Positions 24,565 to 33,969 of a stretch of DNA of 64,000 nucleotides are shown here, piece after piece. Within the stretch, counting starts at the first letter, position 1. Every line of letters starts with the position of its first letter. The translations under genes and the position numbers were made by a program. The stretch comes from a virus: IMG/VR virus record IMGVR_UViG_3300028394_000044, positions 98,300-162,299 of that record; one strand, written 5' to 3'. The notes under the pieces are model-generated. The model worked only from the letters and a program-made list of their open reading frames with translations. It was not told where the DNA came from and did no database searches.

Positions 24565-25825
24565 CGATAGCTACCTCTTTATCACAGACAAATGCTGTTA
24601 CTGCAATATTACCGTGTACATGACTTGCTGTGCGAATCATATCCATTAATGGATCAACTGCAATTAGCAAAACTAATACAGCTTCACTTGGTAGTTTTAA
24701 CAAGTCACAAACAACTGCCACGGTTGCAACAGTAAGGATACCTGTTGTACCTGCACTTGCCAAACCAGCCAATATACTACCAAACAGTACTACTAACAAT
24801 CCCACAGCACCTAATGGTGAATCATAAATGTTAGCAATAAACACTGTAGCAATCGCATAATAAACAATACTGCCAATTCTGTTGACTGTAAAACTCAGCG
24901 GAACAGTTAGTTCAACACCACCTTTGTCAAAATGCAATCTGTGTAATGCTTCCTGTGCGTATGGAATACAAGCTAATGAACTGCGTGAACTAATAGCAAC
25001 AATCAATGTTTCTTTAGTTTCTTTAATAACAGTCATCAAACTCAACCCACTACGCATCCATATTACCACAGTACCTGCAATAACCACTAATACTCCACCA
25101 ACAAACTGTTGAAATACAAAATCAAACATGGTCATAAAGATGCCCACCCCAACTTTGCCAACTTGACTGCTAATCATTGCTAACAATGCGAATGGTAAGA
25201 AGTAGTTTAGGAATTTAAAGATACTGATACTTGCCTGTTGAACACTCTTTAATACTTCAACCAACATACGTTGACCTTCTGTTTGTAAATGCCCTAATGC
25301 AACACCAAAAATTAAACAGAAGATAACAATCTTCAAACTCTCACCATTGTTTAGTGTGTTGAAAATGTTTTCTGGAATAAATTTCTCTGCCATCTTACCT
25401 GCACTGATTGGAGGTGATGTTGGCATTGGCTCATGTAACGTGATGTTTAAATCAGTTCCTGTGTCCTTGTTGTTCACTAGTACACCAAATTCTGTTTTCT
25501 TTTGCGGAGTCATTTCTGTGCCTGTAACCAACACAGTTCCTACACCAATGACCGCGGCTAAGAACATACTTCCTATAAATCCAATAATAATTTTACGTAT
25601 CAGTGTTTCACTACCTTCTTTTTGTAATAGTCCTATAATACCAACTAGAATAGTTGCCAACAAGAATGGTAGCACAACTACTTTTAATAAACTGATGTAG
25701 ATACTACCAATGCTGTCAAGGTTCATACTAAACTCAGGGGTATAAACTCCACCAAGAATACCCAGTACAATTGAACCAAGAATAGTCCACGGACTAGTTA
25801 AGAAGGTTTTCAAGTGGGAGATCAT
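24551..25825 (-). CDS. Dicarboxylate/amino acid:cation symporter (DAACS family), atypical motifs
   Basis: IPENIF, SSRSSLACIP (HP1), LASAG (HP2) and DPLMDMIRT (TM8). Confidence 0.9.
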   Translation of the reverse strand: MISHLKTFLTSPWTILGSIVLGILGGVYTPEFSMNLDSIGSIYISLLKVVVLPFLLATILVGIIGLLQKEGSETLIRKIIIGFIGSMFLAAVIGVGTVLVTGTEMTPQKKTEFGVLVNNKDTGTDLNITLHEPMPTSPPISAGKMAEKFIPENIFNTLNNGESLKIVIFCLIFGVALGHLQTEGQRMLVEVLKSVQQASISIFKFLNYFLPFALLAMISSQVGKVGVGIFMTMFDFVFQQFVGGVLVVIAGTVVIWMRSGLSLMTVIKETKETLIVAISSRSSLACIPYAQEALHRLHFDKGGVELTVPLSFTVNRIGSIVYYAIATVFIANIYDSPLGAVGLLVVLFGSILAGLASAGTTGILTVATVAVVCDLLKLPSEAVLVLLIAVDPLMDMIRTASHVHGNIAVTAFVCDKEVAIGGQS

Positions 25826-26649
25826 TTTTTATCCTTTTTCTCTGCTTTATATCTGTCCATCAACTTTTTAGTGTCAATGTTGTTATATTCATTTCTAATA
25901 ACATAATTAACCATACTTAGCAATTGAATTGCTTTTGGATTAACTGCCACTGCAATATAGTCCACACTGTCAGAAATTGTAATTGTCTTGGTGCTGATTG
26001 CAGCATCTGGCTTTTCAAAACTAATTTTCTTAATTTCAAACTCGTCACGGTAAGCAGCAGCAATATCTCCACGTGTGACTCTATCAATGATTACATCCCA
26101 CTTTTCTTCAGGAAGAAATGTTGCATTAGGAAAATTAATTCGTGCAAATGTATCATAGCTGGAGTTTTTGATGAAACTTATTTTTCCATTGAAATCACGA
26201 ATCACTTGATATGTTTCTTTACCCTGACTGTTTTGACTGAGCCATAACCTGTTGATAATTAAACTCTGTCTTAGTTTGATATACGGCTCACTAAATCTAA
26301 CAACTTGTAAACGCGGACCAGTTACGGATAATTTACTAACCGCAATGTCTGCTCTACCGTCTCTAACTTGTTCCACAACCTCAGCAAAACTTTCTGCATC
26401 TCGTCTAAACTGAACAGGAACTCCAAGTAATACACCAATTCGTTGTGCAATTTCAACGTCAAGACCATGAATGTTATCTCCTTCTCCTGAAAAGAAAGGA
26501 GGAACATCTTTTTTGGTCATTGCCACAATAAGAACATTGGCTTTCTTAATTGCAGCGATATCTGGTGGCAAAGGAATAGTTGATGTGGGTAATTGTGCAT
26601 ACGTAGCCGCAATAAACAACAAAGCCAACAAAGCAAATAATTTTTTCAT
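25822..26649 (-). CDS. Periplasmic amino-acid binding protein (SBP family 3)
   Basis: Signal peptide; PPF..GLDVEIA, GRADIAVS..SVTGPR..FSEPY. Confidence 0.9.
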   Translation of the reverse strand: MKKLFALLALLFIAATYAQLPTSTIPLPPDIAAIKKANVLIVAMTKKDVPPFFSGEGDNIHGLDVEIAQRIGVLLGVPVQFRRDAESFAEVVEQVRDGRADIAVSKLSVTGPRLQVVRFSEPYIKLRQSLIINRLWLSQNSQGKETYQVIRDFNGKISFIKNSSYDTFARINFPNATFLPEEKWDVIIDRVTRGDIAAAYRDEFEIKKISFEKPDAAISTKTITISDSVDYIAVAVNPKAIQLLSMVNYVIRNEYNNIDTKKLMDRYKAEKKDKK

Positions 26650-26700
26650 TGAAAATTTCCATTAAACTTGATAAAATTGATAAAATTATCATATTTTTAG

Positions 26701-26708
26701 TATTTATA
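26701..26708 (-). promoter_or_regulatory. T4-type late promoter for the SBP-transporter-holin-racemase operon
   Basis: TATTTATA on + is TATAAATA on the minus strand, about 50 nt upstream of the SBP start. Confidence 0.7.
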
Positions 26709-26751
26709 TTCCAAATACTTGACCAAAAATGTTGAGAACTTTTTTCTTATA

Positions 26752-26779
26752 TTGACATTCTTGCAAATTTCTGTATAAT
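26752..26779 (+). promoter_or_regulatory. Early promoter
   Basis: TTGACA..TGTATAATAGG with the shared TGTTGA leader. Confidence 0.8.
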
Positions 26780-26811
26780 AGGTCTTGTTGATTGATTGAA
26801 AAGGATTTAAA

Positions 26812-27222
26812 ATGGCTTATATGAACCAAGAACGCAAAGCTAAAATTAAAGCGATGCTGGACAAAAACCTCAAAGGCACCGGCGTTAAATTTTCGTTGCG
26901 TTGCACCTCTCTTTCTATTACTTGTACAATTAAATCAGCACCAATTGATTTGATTGCTAATAGTAATGAAACTTGCTCCAAAGATTTCTATCAAGTAGCC
27001 CGTGGGTTTAAACCAAATACGACTGCATATGAACAAGTAAATCAGTATCATTATAAAAATCATTTTTCTGGTGAAGCACTAGATATTATGAATCGAATCG
27101 TAAAATCAATGTATGCCGCTGATTATTATGATAATTCGGATGCAATGACTGATTATTTTGATACTGCATACTATGTAAATATTCAAATTGGTCAATGGGA
27201 TAAACCTTTTATTGTAAAATGA
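26812..27222 (+). CDS. Early protein, LPD29-like
   Basis: KFSLR...YYDNSDAMTDYFD motif. Confidence 0.55.
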   Translation: MAYMNQERKAKIKAMLDKNLKGTGVKFSLRCTSLSITCTIKSAPIDLIANSNETCSKDFYQVARGFKPNTTAYEQVNQYHYKNHFSGEALDIMNRIVKSMYAADYYDNSDAMTDYFDTAYYVNIQIGQWDKPFIVK

Positions 27223-27482
27223 AAAGATGCATAGTTATTGCCGATAACCAAATTGTCGGCATCTTTATCGTTTTTGCTTGTGCCGAAATTTATGCCAGAG
27301 GCTTAAAAAACACTTGCATTGAAATTGTAGATATGTTATAATGGACTTATGATGAAAAATATTGAAACACTCCAAGATTTGTATGAAGATTCGCCAGCCT
27401 CTCCCGAGTTGACCGATGGTGAATTGTTAGCTATGGCTAAATATTATGGGTATGAGGATGAACCAGAATGTGAGTTTGGATA

Positions 27483-27773
27483 ATGCGCGGAATTTATATA
27501 CTAATGACTAGTGACGGTTTTCGTGTTGCTGGTATGGACAACTATGAAGATTTGTATGACGGTTATGCATGTGATATGAAACGTTACATCAATACTGAGG
27601 TATTAACAAAAACTTTTAATGATTGTGTGCCTTTATTAGAACTTGATGCCCGTGAAGTAGCAAACAATATGGCAAAAGCCTACCGCGAATTACCTGATGG
27701 CATTCGCACCGTAGTAACCTACCGTAATTATTCTTTTGAGGATTTAAAAAATGGCTCGGCTTCCAAAAATTGA
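27483..27773 (+). CDS. Hypothetical protein
   Basis: GIYILMTSDGFRVA. Confidence 0.55.
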   Translation: MRGIYILMTSDGFRVAGMDNYEDLYDGYACDMKRYINTEVLTKTFNDCVPLLELDAREVANNMAKAYRELPDGIRTVVTYRNYSFEDLKNGSASKN

Positions 27774-28797
27774 AGAACCAAAATTTGTTGGTGAAATGTC
27801 CAATATTAATTTTATGAATGCATTAAATTGGTATCATCAAAATTTTGAGAACAAAGATGCCCAAAATTTTATTTTAGAATATGCCAAGAAAAATAAAATT
27901 TCTGGTCGCATTAATACTTCCGGCAGTTATTTAACTCTCGGTTGGATTTGTCGTCTTTTGACTAATGGAAATAACATTGGTGAAAAAGGCAATTTATTTA
28001 TTACTAACCAATTAAAACAAGTATTGGTGGCTGAAGTACAGGCACCAACTGTTGTTACTGAAACAGTACCGACAATTTCAATCCAAGAACGTTTGCGTGA
28101 AAAGATTGGTGAAATTGCCGGAGAGTTAGAAGGCGCCATAGATGAGTATATTGAAAGTGATTTTAAGATTGAAAAATCGCCAATGGCTTTGATGCAAGAA
28201 AAAGCCAAAGGTATGCACGCCGCCAAATTAATTGAAATTTTCAGAAAACGCCGTATAGAATTTGATGAAGTCCTGAATACGGATGACAAACAAATAAAAG
28301 AAGGCTATAGTAATTTCACAAGACCTCAATTAAAAAAATTGATTGCTTATTGTGATAGTATTATTCTAGATGCAATGAAAATTGCAGGCGAAGCAAAGAT
28401 TAATCGTAAGCCACGTAAAGTTAAGAAAAAAACACCCGAACAATTGGTGTCTAAAATGCTTTACTTGGATAAATTTGATGAGTTGAAATTGCAGTCGATT
28501 CCAGCTAAACAAATAATTGGTGCTACGCAACTTTGGGTGTACAATACCAAATACAAAAAACTTGGTGTTTATATTGCTGAGGATGCCGGTGGATTTACCG
28601 TAAAAGGTTCATGTTTGCTTAATTACAGTGAATCAAAATCCGTACAAAAAGCAATACGTAAACCTGCGGAGATTTTACCTGAAGCCATGAAAGCTGGCAA
28701 GATTGTTCTCCGTAATTTACTTGGTAAACTTACCACCAAAGAATCTTTGTTGGGTGGTCGTATCAATCGAGATACAATCCTTCTCCGTGTGTTATAA
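27751..28797 (+). CDS. Conserved T4-like hypothetical protein (upstream of rnh)
   Basis: EGYSN..LWVYNTK..GRINRDTILL; long ORF. Confidence 0.7.
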   Translation: MARLPKIEEPKFVGEMSNINFMNALNWYHQNFENKDAQNFILEYAKKNKISGRINTSGSYLTLGWICRLLTNGNNIGEKGNLFITNQLKQVLVAEVQAPTVVTETVPTISIQERLREKIGEIAGELEGAIDEYIESDFKIEKSPMALMQEKAKGMHAAKLIEIFRKRRIEFDEVLNTDDKQIKEGYSNFTRPQLKKLIAYCDSIILDAMKIAGEAKINRKPRKVKKKTPEQLVSKMLYLDKFDELKLQSIPAKQIIGATQLWVYNTKYKKLGVYIAEDAGGFTVKGSCLLNYSESKSVQKAIRKPAEILPEAMKAGKIVLRNLLGKLTTKESLLGGRINRDTILLRVL

Positions 28798-28836
28798 TTG
28801 CCTACATTTTATACCTACCTGTGTTATACTTAACTT

Positions 28837-29676
28837 ATGATAATTTTTGATTTTAACCAGGTTGTAATTGCCAACCTCATGGAGCAAATTGGTTCCAGTA
28901 AAAATGCAGTTGAAGAATCATTGGTTCGCCATATGGTTCTCAATACAATTCGGGCTAATGTTCGTAAATTTCGAGAATATGGTGAGGTTATTATTGCATG
29001 TGATAGTAAAAATTACTGGCGCCGTGAAGTATTTCCTGCTTATAAAGGATCACGTAAGAAAAATCGTGATGCATCAGGACATAATTGGTCATCTATTTTC
29101 GATTGTATGTCCAAGATTCGTGAAGAGTTAAAAGTTAATTCACCATATAAAGTAATTGAAATTTATGGTGCCGAAGCTGATGACGTTATTGGTGTACTTA
29201 CTCAAACATATTGTCAACGAGAGAAGATTATGATTCTTTCAAGTGATAAAGATTTTGTTCAGCTACAAACCAATTCAAATGTTTTTCAATATTCTCCAAG
29301 TATGAAAAAGAATATTGGGACAGATGATGCCAAAAAACAACTTCTTGAATTGATTATTCGTGGAGATAGTGGTGATGGTGTTCCTAATGTATTATCGCCA
29401 GATAATTGTTTGATAGAAGGCATTCGGCAAAAACCTATTACTGAGAAGGCTATGAATACTATTATGGAACAAGTCCATGGTGAAATGTCGGAAAGTCTCA
29501 AACGCAATTGGTCACGCAATAAACAGTTGATTGATCTTTCATGCATTCCAAAAAATCTTTCCAAAAGCATCATAGATACATACGTAGAGATGAAGCCAGC
29601 TAATCGCCAACAATTTATGAATTATATGATTATAAATAAGCTAACAAATTTATTGGCTGTTATTGATGAATTTTAA
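28837..29676 (+). CDS. rnh: T4-like RNase H (5'-3' exonuclease)
   Basis: YWRR..YKGSR, EADDVIG, SSDKDF and GDSGDGVPN. Confidence 0.93.
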   Translation: MIIFDFNQVVIANLMEQIGSSKNAVEESLVRHMVLNTIRANVRKFREYGEVIIACDSKNYWRREVFPAYKGSRKKNRDASGHNWSSIFDCMSKIREELKVNSPYKVIEIYGAEADDVIGVLTQTYCQREKIMILSSDKDFVQLQTNSNVFQYSPSMKKNIGTDDAKKQLLELIIRGDSGDGVPNVLSPDNCLIEGIRQKPITEKAMNTIMEQVHGEMSESLKRNWSRNKQLIDLSCIPKNLSKSIIDTYVEMKPANRQQFMNYMIINKLTNLLAVIDEF

Positions 29677-29687
29677 AATGGAAATAT

Positions 29688-30122
29688 ATGAATAATTTAA
29701 TGTATCATGAGATTTTTGATCTGTTTGAGAGAACAGAAAAACGAGTCGATAAAATTGAGGTATTGCGTAAAAATGCAGACAATAATTTTATTCAATTTTT
29801 AATTATGGCATTCAATCCGAATGTGAAATTTGATGTTGAAATTCCTGAATATAAATCATCGGTTGATCCTGCAGGACTAAATATTTTATATTTACACAAT
29901 GAGGTTACAAAAATGTATCGTTTCATTGTGAATCATCCACGCCGGGCAGTAGGATTAACCTCAGAAAAACAAAAGAGTCTTCTAATTTCTGTTTTAGAAG
30001 CACTTCATAAAGATGAGGCTAATTTAATGGTTCGTTGCATTCAAAAAGATTTAAAAATTCCTTTCCTCACAAAGAAACTTATTGGTGAGGCTTTTCCCGA
30101 TATTGACTTGGGAGAAAAATAA
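29688..30122 (+). CDS. Conserved T4-like hypothetical protein
   Basis: LEALHKDEA..EAFP; typical downstream of rnh. Confidence 0.65.
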   Translation: MNNLMYHEIFDLFERTEKRVDKIEVLRKNADNNFIQFLIMAFNPNVKFDVEIPEYKSSVDPAGLNILYLHNEVTKMYRFIVNHPRRAVGLTSEKQKSLLISVLEALHKDEANLMVRCIQKDLKIPFLTKKLIGEAFPDIDLGEK

Positions 30123-30337
30123 TGAGTGACGGTGGAAAAGGAAGTAAGCCAAGACCATACAGTGTAACACATGCAGAATATGAAAGCCGGTGGGATGCAA
30201 TTTTTGGTCGTGATAAATTCTCCGAGATTACAGAAAAAGCCAACCGTGAACGTGCATTGGATAAGATGGTGCGTGTTAACCAAGAATTAGGATTATATGA
30301 TGAAAGTAGCGATAGTAACACCGACAATCGGAACTAA
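30122..30337 (+). CDS. Hypothetical protein
   Basis: GGKGSKPRP..WDAIF small phage family. Confidence 0.6.
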   Translation: MSDGGKGSKPRPYSVTHAEYESRWDAIFGRDKFSEITEKANRERALDKMVRVNQELGLYDESSDSNTDNRN

Positions 30338-31013
30338 ACATCTTTCCAAATGCATAGAATCGGTAGACAAACAAAGCTACCAAAACTTAACGCATTATTT
30401 GTTTGTTGATGGAAGAGATTCATTCACCGCTGTTCTACAGCAGAGCGAAGGTTCAACTAAAACAAAAATAAATTTATTGGAAGAGAATATTGGTAAAGGT
30501 TGGTATGGACACCGTGTTTATGCTGCATGTTCTTTTCTGGTAAATGCTGATGCTATCATCTATTTGGATGAAGATAATTGGATTGATGAAAACCATGTGC
30601 AAGATATGGTTGAGGTTTTACATAGAGGTAATGATTGGGCTTACTCGCTAAGGAAAATTTATGATAAAAATGGCAAAATGTTATGTGAAGACAATTGCGA
30701 ATCTCTGGGAAAATGGCCTGTATTCTTTGATGAAAAAGTCCATCATATTGATACCTCTTGTTTTGCCATTCGGCGTGATATTGCTGTTCGTATTGGCCAT
30801 GCTTGGTATGGTAAATGGGGAGCTGACCGACAGTTTTATCAAGCACTATCCACCCATTTTCCCAATTACGACTGCACAAAATCACATAGTCTATGTTATC
30901 GTTTAGATGGTAATGATAATTCGGTAAAATTTGAATTTTTCGAATCTGGTAATGCTATACAAGCAACAAAATATTTCGGTAAATTTCCTTGGTCTAAAAT
31001 AACAAATATCTAA
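30297..31013 (+). CDS. Glycosyltransferase family 2
   Basis: VAIVTPT..SVDKQSY..YLDEDN. Confidence 0.85.
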   Translation: MMKVAIVTPTIGTKHLSKCIESVDKQSYQNLTHYLFVDGRDSFTAVLQQSEGSTKTKINLLEENIGKGWYGHRVYAACSFLVNADAIIYLDEDNWIDENHVQDMVEVLHRGNDWAYSLRKIYDKNGKMLCEDNCESLGKWPVFFDEKVHHIDTSCFAIRRDIAVRIGHAWYGKWGADRQFYQALSTHFPNYDCTKSHSLCYRLDGNDNSVKFEFFESGNAIQATKYFGKFPWSKITNI

Positions 31014-31015
31014 AT

Positions 31016-31636
31016 ATGATTAAACATATACCGTATCGCACAGCAAAAATTCGTAGTAGAGAAGACCTTGTGACAGAAAAAGAAATGATTTTTAGTATAC
31101 AAGACCGCATGGAAAATGTTTTCTTGGACAACCATATTCACTTTTTGTATGGTGATATTGTAGAAGAAAACGTTCAGAGAGCTATCGAATGGATCATTTA
31201 TGAAAATTCCATGGAATGTAGTAAAGAAACTGTTCTCCAATTGCATGTAAATTCTATTGGCGGTGATCTTTATCAAGCACTCGGTTTAATTGATGTTATG
31301 AGACTAAGTAAAATTCCTATTCGTACCATAGGACTCGGTGCAGTTATGTCCGCAGGCTTTCTTATTTTTGCATCGGGCACTCCTGGACAAAGATATATTA
31401 CTAAAAATTGTGGTATCATGTGTCACCAATATTCAGACACATATGAAGGTAAACACCACGATTTAAAATCTTTTACTAAAGAAGCTGAATTAACCAATAG
31501 GCGTATGCTTCAAATTCTTCAAGATGCCAGTGGCATGACAGCTAAAGCCGTCAAAACTAAATTATTATCACCCAGTGACGTTTGGTTAACTGCGGAAGAA
31601 TTAGTAAGTTTAGGTGTTGCGGATCAAATTCTTTAA
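31016..31636 (+). CDS. clpP: ClpP-like serine protease subunit
   Basis: VNSIGG, AVMSAG (Ser), MCHQ (His) and DVWLTAEE..GVAD. Confidence 0.88.
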   Translation: MIKHIPYRTAKIRSREDLVTEKEMIFSIQDRMENVFLDNHIHFLYGDIVEENVQRAIEWIIYENSMECSKETVLQLHVNSIGGDLYQALGLIDVMRLSKIPIRTIGLGAVMSAGFLIFASGTPGQRYITKNCGIMCHQYSDTYEGKHHDLKSFTKEAELTNRRMLQILQDASGMTAKAVKTKLLSPSDVWLTAEELVSLGVADQIL

Positions 31637-31659
31637 CGGAGGTTTATTTAAAAACAGAT

Positions 31660-31839
31660 ATGATTGGTGCAATTAAAATTGAGCGAACCGCGAAAACGAA
31701 GTTTCGAAAAAATAATGATGGTAATCGTGAACAACAAAACAAACAAAAACATCACGACAGGTCCTTTTATAGATTAATGAAAGAGGAACAAGAATATGCA
31801 AATGATCCAAAAAATTCAAAAAGAGATACGAGAGATTGA
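31660..31839 (+). CDS. Hypothetical basic protein
   Basis: Short ORF in a co-oriented run. Confidence 0.45.
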   Translation: MIGAIKIERTAKTKFRKNNDGNREQQNKQKHHDRSFYRLMKEEQEYANDPKNSKRDTRD

Positions 31840-32037
31840 AGAACGAATCTCCGGAGAAAAAGGCGACCTCGATCAGTTGAAACGTTTATTGGAACGTTTG
31901 AAAATGCAAGAATTTGAGGAAGACCTTAGAGAATCCGACAATAGGCAATTACTCAAAGGTTAGTTGTTTTTTAACAACAAAATGGTTGCACAATCCTTTC
32001 ATTGTGTTATAATAGAATTATCAATTCAGGAGATTTT

Positions 32038-32265
32038 ATGAATGACTGGGATAAAGACAATTTAAATTTCATTATGTCGACCGATAAAAATACTTATATG
32101 GAATGGGTATTATCGTTGGATGAAGATGGTTTAGATTATGCAATTAAATTGGTTCACACATATAGAGCCACATTAATTGAACAGGATTTGGATTGGATGG
32201 AAAATGATTTAGAAGATTTCTCCGAATCATATTTTATTTTGAGTAAGTTTACATTAAAAGGTTGA
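32038..32265 (+). CDS. Hypothetical protein
   Basis: Promoter at 31986-32013 and AGGAG RBS. Confidence 0.6.
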   Translation: MNDWDKDNLNFIMSTDKNTYMEWVLSLDEDGLDYAIKLVHTYRATLIEQDLDWMENDLEDFSESYFILSKFTLKG

Positions 32266-32571
32266 TTATGGATTCGTTTGCTATGATGGTTGATTATCTT
32301 GAGAAAAGATATATGCGGGTGTTTGATAATATTAATTACAACGATGAACAAATTGAAAATTCATCATTAGCATTGGTTGAAAGTGTGTTATTGAATGGCT
32401 ACACGATTAATGATTGTGCTCAATATAAACCAATGAATAAAATTGTAAGAGTTAATTAAATATGACAGAGTTTTATTTTTATCTCGATGCGTGGAATTAT
32501 TGTCAAAAAAATAATATTCCATTAAATTTTATTAGTCGTAGAGACTGGAAAACTTGGCAAATAGAAATTAT

Positions 32572-32925
32572 ATGATGATATATTGTCGTGATAAGGGCAA
32601 ACGTAAAAACCCTACACAAAAACAAAAATCGGAATATCAGGCTTGGTTAGATTCGGTTAATAATATGCCAAACATATCTGGTCGTAAATTCAATTCGGTT
32701 AAACCAAAATCTGTTGCTGTTATTCCAGCATTAACTACACCAGCTGGTCGTATAACTACAAAGTATTCAAGTTTCTCAACTCCTGGCGGTCTTTGCACCA
32801 AACCAGTTGAAACTAAAGTCTACACAGGAACTGCCATGAAAGGCATCGGCACGCTACACAAAAGCAATGCTGTTCCAATATTCTCAGATGAAGAGGCCAG
32901 GGACCAGGCGATGATGCGGAGATAA
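32572..32925 (+). CDS. Conserved T4-like hypothetical protein
   Basis: YTGTAMKGIGTLHKSNAVPIF. Confidence 0.65.
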   Translation: MMIYCRDKGKRKNPTQKQKSEYQAWLDSVNNMPNISGRKFNSVKPKSVAVIPALTTPAGRITTKYSSFSTPGGLCTKPVETKVYTGTAMKGIGTLHKSNAVPIFSDEEARDQAMMRR

Positions 32926-33056
32926 CATGTTACTTACCCTATCAACAGATACAATTTTCGTCCTAGGCGCGTTCCTAGGCGCTTTGGTGGGCAGAACTTT
33001 TACATTCTTTTTAATGTCCATTTGGCTCATATGTTTTTTAATACTAAAGTACTAGT

Positions 33057-33114
33057 GTTGTATTTTTGCACCTCTTGAAAAAAGTGTTGACTTTATTGCC
33101 TATTCGTGTATAAT
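33057..33114 (+). promoter_or_regulatory. GTTG-N8-CACC element plus early promoter
   Basis: TTGACT 33087; CGTGTATAAT. Confidence 0.75.
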
Positions 33115-33140
33115 AGGTATTGTTGAGTTAATAAAGAGGT

Positions 33141-33896
33141 ATGAAAATGAAATTACTTTCCACTGGTAACCCCAAAATTCTTAAAGGTATTAGTCAAGGC
33201 TTTAATACTTACATCTTACATCTTGCGCCCGCAAATGTGTCTGGTTATGAAACATGTCCAAAACGTACCGCTGGTTGTACGGCGGCATGTTTGAATACAG
33301 CCGGTCGTGGTGGTATGTTTAAGCGTGGAGAATCTACTAACGTTATCCAAGAGGCACGTAAACGTAAAACCCGTATGTTTTTTCAAAATCGTACCGAGTT
33401 TATGGCTCTATTGGTCAAAGATATCGAATTGGGTATTAAACAATCGGCTCGATTGAATTTAGTTCCTGTGTTTCGTTTGAATGGCACTTCCGATTTGTCG
33501 TTTGAAAAATATGAAGTAATTCGTAATGGCGTTACTTATTTTAATATTTTTCAAGCATTTCCTGAAGTTCAATTTTATGATTACACCAAGGTTCTTGGTC
33601 GTAAAGTAAAAAATATTTCAAATTATCAATTAACATTCTCCGCGGCTGATGGTAATGATGCGGATGTTTTCCGTGCTATTTCTGAAGGTTTGAATGTTGC
33701 TACTGTGTTTGGTTTGAAAAAAACTGAACCAATGCCTACAAAATATCTGGGTCGCCCAGTGTTTAACGGCGATGAATCCGACTTGCGTTTTCTTGATCCA
33801 AAAGGCGTTATTGTTGGTCTCTATGCAAAAGGTAAAGCTAAAAAAGATACTAGCGGTTTTGTTAAGTATCCTACCTTGTTATTGCTAGCCGCATGA
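33141..33896 (+). CDS. GP88-like phage protein
   Basis: CPK..GCTAACL, RLNGTSD, FYDYTK and GDESDLRF. Confidence 0.7.
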   Translation: MKMKLLSTGNPKILKGISQGFNTYILHLAPANVSGYETCPKRTAGCTAACLNTAGRGGMFKRGESTNVIQEARKRKTRMFFQNRTEFMALLVKDIELGIKQSARLNLVPVFRLNGTSDLSFEKYEVIRNGVTYFNIFQAFPEVQFYDYTKVLGRKVKNISNYQLTFSAADGNDADVFRAISEGLNVATVFGLKKTEPMPTKYLGRPVFNGDESDLRFLDPKGVIVGLYAKGKAKKDTSGFVKYPTLLLLAA

Positions 33897-33969
33897 TTGC
33901 CGCTAAATGGTTGCCAAAAACCATTATTCATGTTACAATTGTTTATGTTTAATTTGATAGGAATTTACT

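Noticed and set aside
32962-32982. Direct repeat CCTAGGCGC x2
   Set aside because: Explained by LGAFLGA codons of a small hydrophobic ORF; only two copies
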